A stretch of 64,000 bases of DNA from the human T2T-CHM13v2.0 reference genome, Homo sapiens, in the NCBI RefSeq assembly GCF_009914755.1, contig NC_060933.1; one strand, 5' to 3'. The notes under the pieces were generated by a model that was not told the DNA's origin, did not search any database, and worked only from the letters and a program-made list of their open reading frames with translations. Shown piece by piece: positions 60,076-64,000 of this stretch. How positions within the stretch are numbered: the stretch's first letter is position 1; each line of letters begins with the position of its first letter. The position numbers and the translations under genes were made by a program.

Positions 60076-62044
60076 TTAAGGGATTACCGGGGCTTGCTTT
60101 GGTGACTCCGGGCAGAAGTATGTGGGGCTGGGAATGGGGGTATCATGGGAAACCACAAAGCCTTCCTTTTGTGTATCCCTGGGAAGGCACCAAAGCATGC
60201 AAACTTTTCCACATTTCCAGGATCTTGCGTCTGAGCCCTGGAGGTCCTGCGTGCTGACTGTGAAGAGGCAGGAAGGGCATGGCCTGTGGGGTCCTCACCC
60301 TTTGGTCGTCAAGCAACTCTTCAGTGAGTTCAGGGCAGGACACAGGGGTTGGGGCGCCGCCTCACTGAGCCGCAGAGGAAAAGGTCAGACTCGGAGGTGG
60401 TCACCGCCTCACTCCCCACGGGAAGCGGGAATCTTCAGTTGACCCCTTCCTGACTCCAGCCTCCAAAGCCCTGCCCTCCCTGCTATTCTATGCCTCTTCA
60501 GGAGAAATGGATATCCAGGCCTCGAGGCTCCTGGCAGCCTGCCCGTTTGGCAGCCTCTGCCAGAACAGTCCGTGGAGTACAGACTGCTCCCTGTCTTCTC
60601 CCAGTCTGGTCCCTGGAGAGACTCCAATCTCCCTGCTCGAGTCCTTCCCTTTTCTGCTTATCATGGGGAAGGAATATGCGTCTAGGCGTTAAATCGCTCG
60701 AGTGCCAGCTGGCACAGCACAGCCACAGGGCCCCAGCAGGAGCGGGCCTCAGTTCTCAGAGAGCTGCACAAAGACCAAAGCAAATTTATTACTGTTTTTC
60801 AGTTTACAAATGGGAAATCCACAACATTGGTCAAGAAGAAAAGGCACCATGAATGGGAAGACCGAAGTGCAGACAACCAGCTGGAACAAGGCAAGGCATT
60901 CCTTTTTTTTTTTTTTTTTTAAATCCAGGCTCTTGTAAAATGAGACTAGCAGAGCCATTCCCAAGTTCTCAGGATGGGGAGATGGTAGTCAGAGTTAAAA
61001 TATCACCCAAATAGTTTAAAAACTCAAGAGAAGGGCTTAAGAGATAAGACATTTTTTATGATCCCAATACAACTGCATCTAACAGATACTGCATCTTTTC
61101 TCTGGAAGAGAACATTATAGAGCTGAAACCCTTGCCTTTTAACCTGTCTTTGTAATGAAGGCAAGAATGAAGTTGTGGATTTGTAGGAGTCCTTTTTTCC
61201 TATGGTGCCCAGTATGTTTTCCCACCCACTGCAGTACAGCAATTAGGGTTGTTCTTGAGCTCTTAAAGACCCAGTGGACTTGAACGGGAGCATTTCTTCC
61301 AGAAAGGGCCTGTCCTGCTTACTGTCATTTCAGGAAAAATGCAGAGAAATCAGCACTACCTCCTAAGCCTGCCTTCCTAATGGCTTTCCCTGATGAAATA
61401 GGAGCTTGTGGTGAACATTGAGTGGGGCTGCAGAGCCCTCTTGTGGATTTTCGCTTAATCACATTCTTTTTAGCAGCTCTGAATCTGATGGGCCCCTGAG
61501 GTTAGCTCTGATTTCAAATAAACCATTTAGGGGTGGCATTTTGAAGGCTCCTTTTAGGCCATAGAAGTGGGGGGAGAAAAGAGGGACCCTGCACTCACAA
61601 CCTGAAGGATCTGTGTTCAGTTCACCTTGGTGGTCCCTCCTGCTGGCAGAGTGGTTGGTGCCCAGCAGGTACGAGCAGAATGTTAAGAAATAAACCAGAG
61701 AATAAATCCAATCAGTGAGTGAAAGCAGAGTTCCTCCTAAAGCAGCCGAAATACATCCAGAGAGTCACAGGTATTGGCAGACTGTGTCCGAAGACACCCA
61801 GAATAAGGGGGAGAAATGGGAGTTAAAAGTGGCAAAATCTAGAAAGTCATGTTTATAGGGATGAGGCATCAAAAACAACTAGAGGCCTTCTTGGGACAAA
61901 GGCTACGTTAGCAGAGAATAGACCAAATCCTAAGCACTCAGGGAGTTACACCCCTATAAGCACCACACTGTGAAGCCTCCCCAGGTTTGTCAGAGGAGCA
62001 AAGAAGCAGCTGTGGTAGAGTTAGAGAAAACAGTTTCCGGCTTA

Positions 62045-62299
<255 letters not shown>

Positions 62300-63452
62300 T
62301 CAGGCCCAGGAGCCCCAGCATCAGCCAAGGCCACTGCACAGCAGCACAGAGCAGGGTCAGCAAGCAGGACACAGACTTTATGACAAAAGGAACTTGAAGG
62401 TGCTAAACTAACAAAAGAATTAGAAAAGACAGTAATACTTGAAGGATTATAATATGCAATCTTCCTTTTGACCTGTACATGTATCTCTGGGGCTCTGGTG
62501 CTTCGTTTAAATCTATGTGTCATGATGCATCATTTCGCCTTGCAGTTACCCATTTTTGTGTGTTTTCTTGGCTAAAAAGGGAGCCTTGGCTGTCAGTGGC
62601 GGCTCTTGCTCAGGCGTGGACCTTAGGTTCTTAAACTAGGGCAGCACAGTGGATTTTTGCCTCACGAATGCCAGGCAGAATAAGTGTCTGTGAGAAGCAA
62701 AGGAAGAGGAAGACACATGTAACACCTGTAAATTGGTCAAACCAACATAAAAATAGCCCAGGCTTAAAGAGTTTCGCTTGTCAGTGCCCTGGGAGGGTCT
62801 TACCTGTTTTCATTTCACCACTTTCCTGTCCTAATCAAGTTAAGATAAGATATTCCTTCCTGGTGTCTGCTTCATTGAAACAACACAAGAAAAGACAACA
62901 CAGTTTACAGAAAGGAAAGGGTCCGTGTGGCCTTTTGTGGACGGGTGTGGGGTTTAATCCCCAAGAGGCTCTGGCTCGTGGGGTTGAATCCTGATGTGAC
63001 TGGCTGAATTGCTGGATGTCTGGGAAGAACTCCCTAGGGTTTGGTGACTGCTCCTGGAAGATTCAGTTGTGTCAAGGTGAGTGAAGTGCAGGGAAACTGG
63101 TGGCTCTTGCATAAGGGGCTGAGGAGCCTTGAGAGAAGACTCACTCACCTTAAGGGAAATGGCAGACTAGCTGGGCCTTCCTTACACAATGCCTCAAGTC
63201 AAGTGAGGTACTCACTGGCCTTAGGGGCCTCAGGGGCTGTGAGCAGGAACCAAGAGGGAGTTTATTAACTAAAATCTGCTGCACTCTTCAGAGTGGTGTA
63301 GCAAAGAATAGACACAGTGTGGGTGAAAGGATTGAGGCCTTGAGGGGTCTGGAGGTACTGCATGACTTTGTAGCTGGGAAGGCAGCTTAGAAGGTGGAGG
63401 AAGCTGCAGCCTTGCTGGGGGATATGCTGCTTTCTCTACTAATTCTCTTATG

Positions 63453-63747
63453 TTTTGGGACAGGGTCTCACTCTCGTCACCCAGGCTGGAGTGCAGTGGC
63501 ATTGTGATCTCGGCTCATTGTAGCATTGACTTCCTGGGCTCAGGTAATTCTCCTACTTCAGCCTCCTGGGTAGCTGGGATAACAGGCACGTGCCACCACA
63601 CCCAGCTAAGTTTTTGTATTTTTAGTGGAGACAGCATCTCACTTTGTTGGCCAGGCTGATCTCAAACTCCTGGGCTCAAGAGATCCTCCTATCTATCTTG
63701 GCCTCCCAAAATGCTGGGATTATAGGCATGAGCCACCATGCTCAGCT
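63453..63747 (-). mobile_element. AluJ
   Basis: Dimer with J-type features. Confidence 0.88.
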
Positions 63748-63755
63748 GAATGGAT

Positions 63756-64000
63756 TCTTCTTTTTTTTTTTTTTTTTGGAGACTGAGTCTCACTCTATTG
63801 CCCAGGCTGGAGTGCAGTGGTGCGATCTCGGCTTTCTGCAAACCTCTTCCTGGGTTCAAGCGATTCTCGTGCCTCAGCCTCCGGAGTAGCTGGGATTACA
63901 GGCACCCATTACCACGTCTGGCTAATTTTTGTATTTTTAGTAGAGACTGAGGTTTCATCATGTTGGCCAGGCTGGTCTTGAATTCCTGACCTCAAGTGAT
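63756..64000 (-). mobile_element. AluS (runs off the window end)
   Basis: Poly-T followed by the right arm and part of the left arm. Confidence 0.92.

Overview
Primate, almost certainly human, genomic DNA lying wholly inside TRPM3, which is transcribed on the minus strand. Six coding exons can be read with canonical GT-AG boundaries and consistent phases: 62138-62266, 57215-57466, 49827-50001, 11958-12108, 11642-11841 and 8340-8472. They encode the S1/S2 region through S3-S4, S5/pore helix, pore loop/S6, the TRP box and the proximal C-terminus. Upstream exons and the final exon lie outside the window. The pore loop is split by a 37.7-kb intron. Its 5' end carries the known 36-nt alternative donor (long versus short pore). 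At its 3' end I see an in-frame, stop-free upstream CAG that would add 11 residues to the pore loop; this is the best candidate for something under-described, but it is an inference. The rest is intronic: Alus (inverted and nested sets), L1/L2/L3 and MIR fossils, MLT1 LTRs, MER5/MER20/MER3/MADE2 elements, a full-length 7SL retrocopy with target-site duplication (TSD), microsatellites, a cluster of four tandem duplications, and several candidate enhancer motif clusters. Repeat subfamily calls and boundaries are by eye and approximate. I found no evidence of a wholly new biological system.
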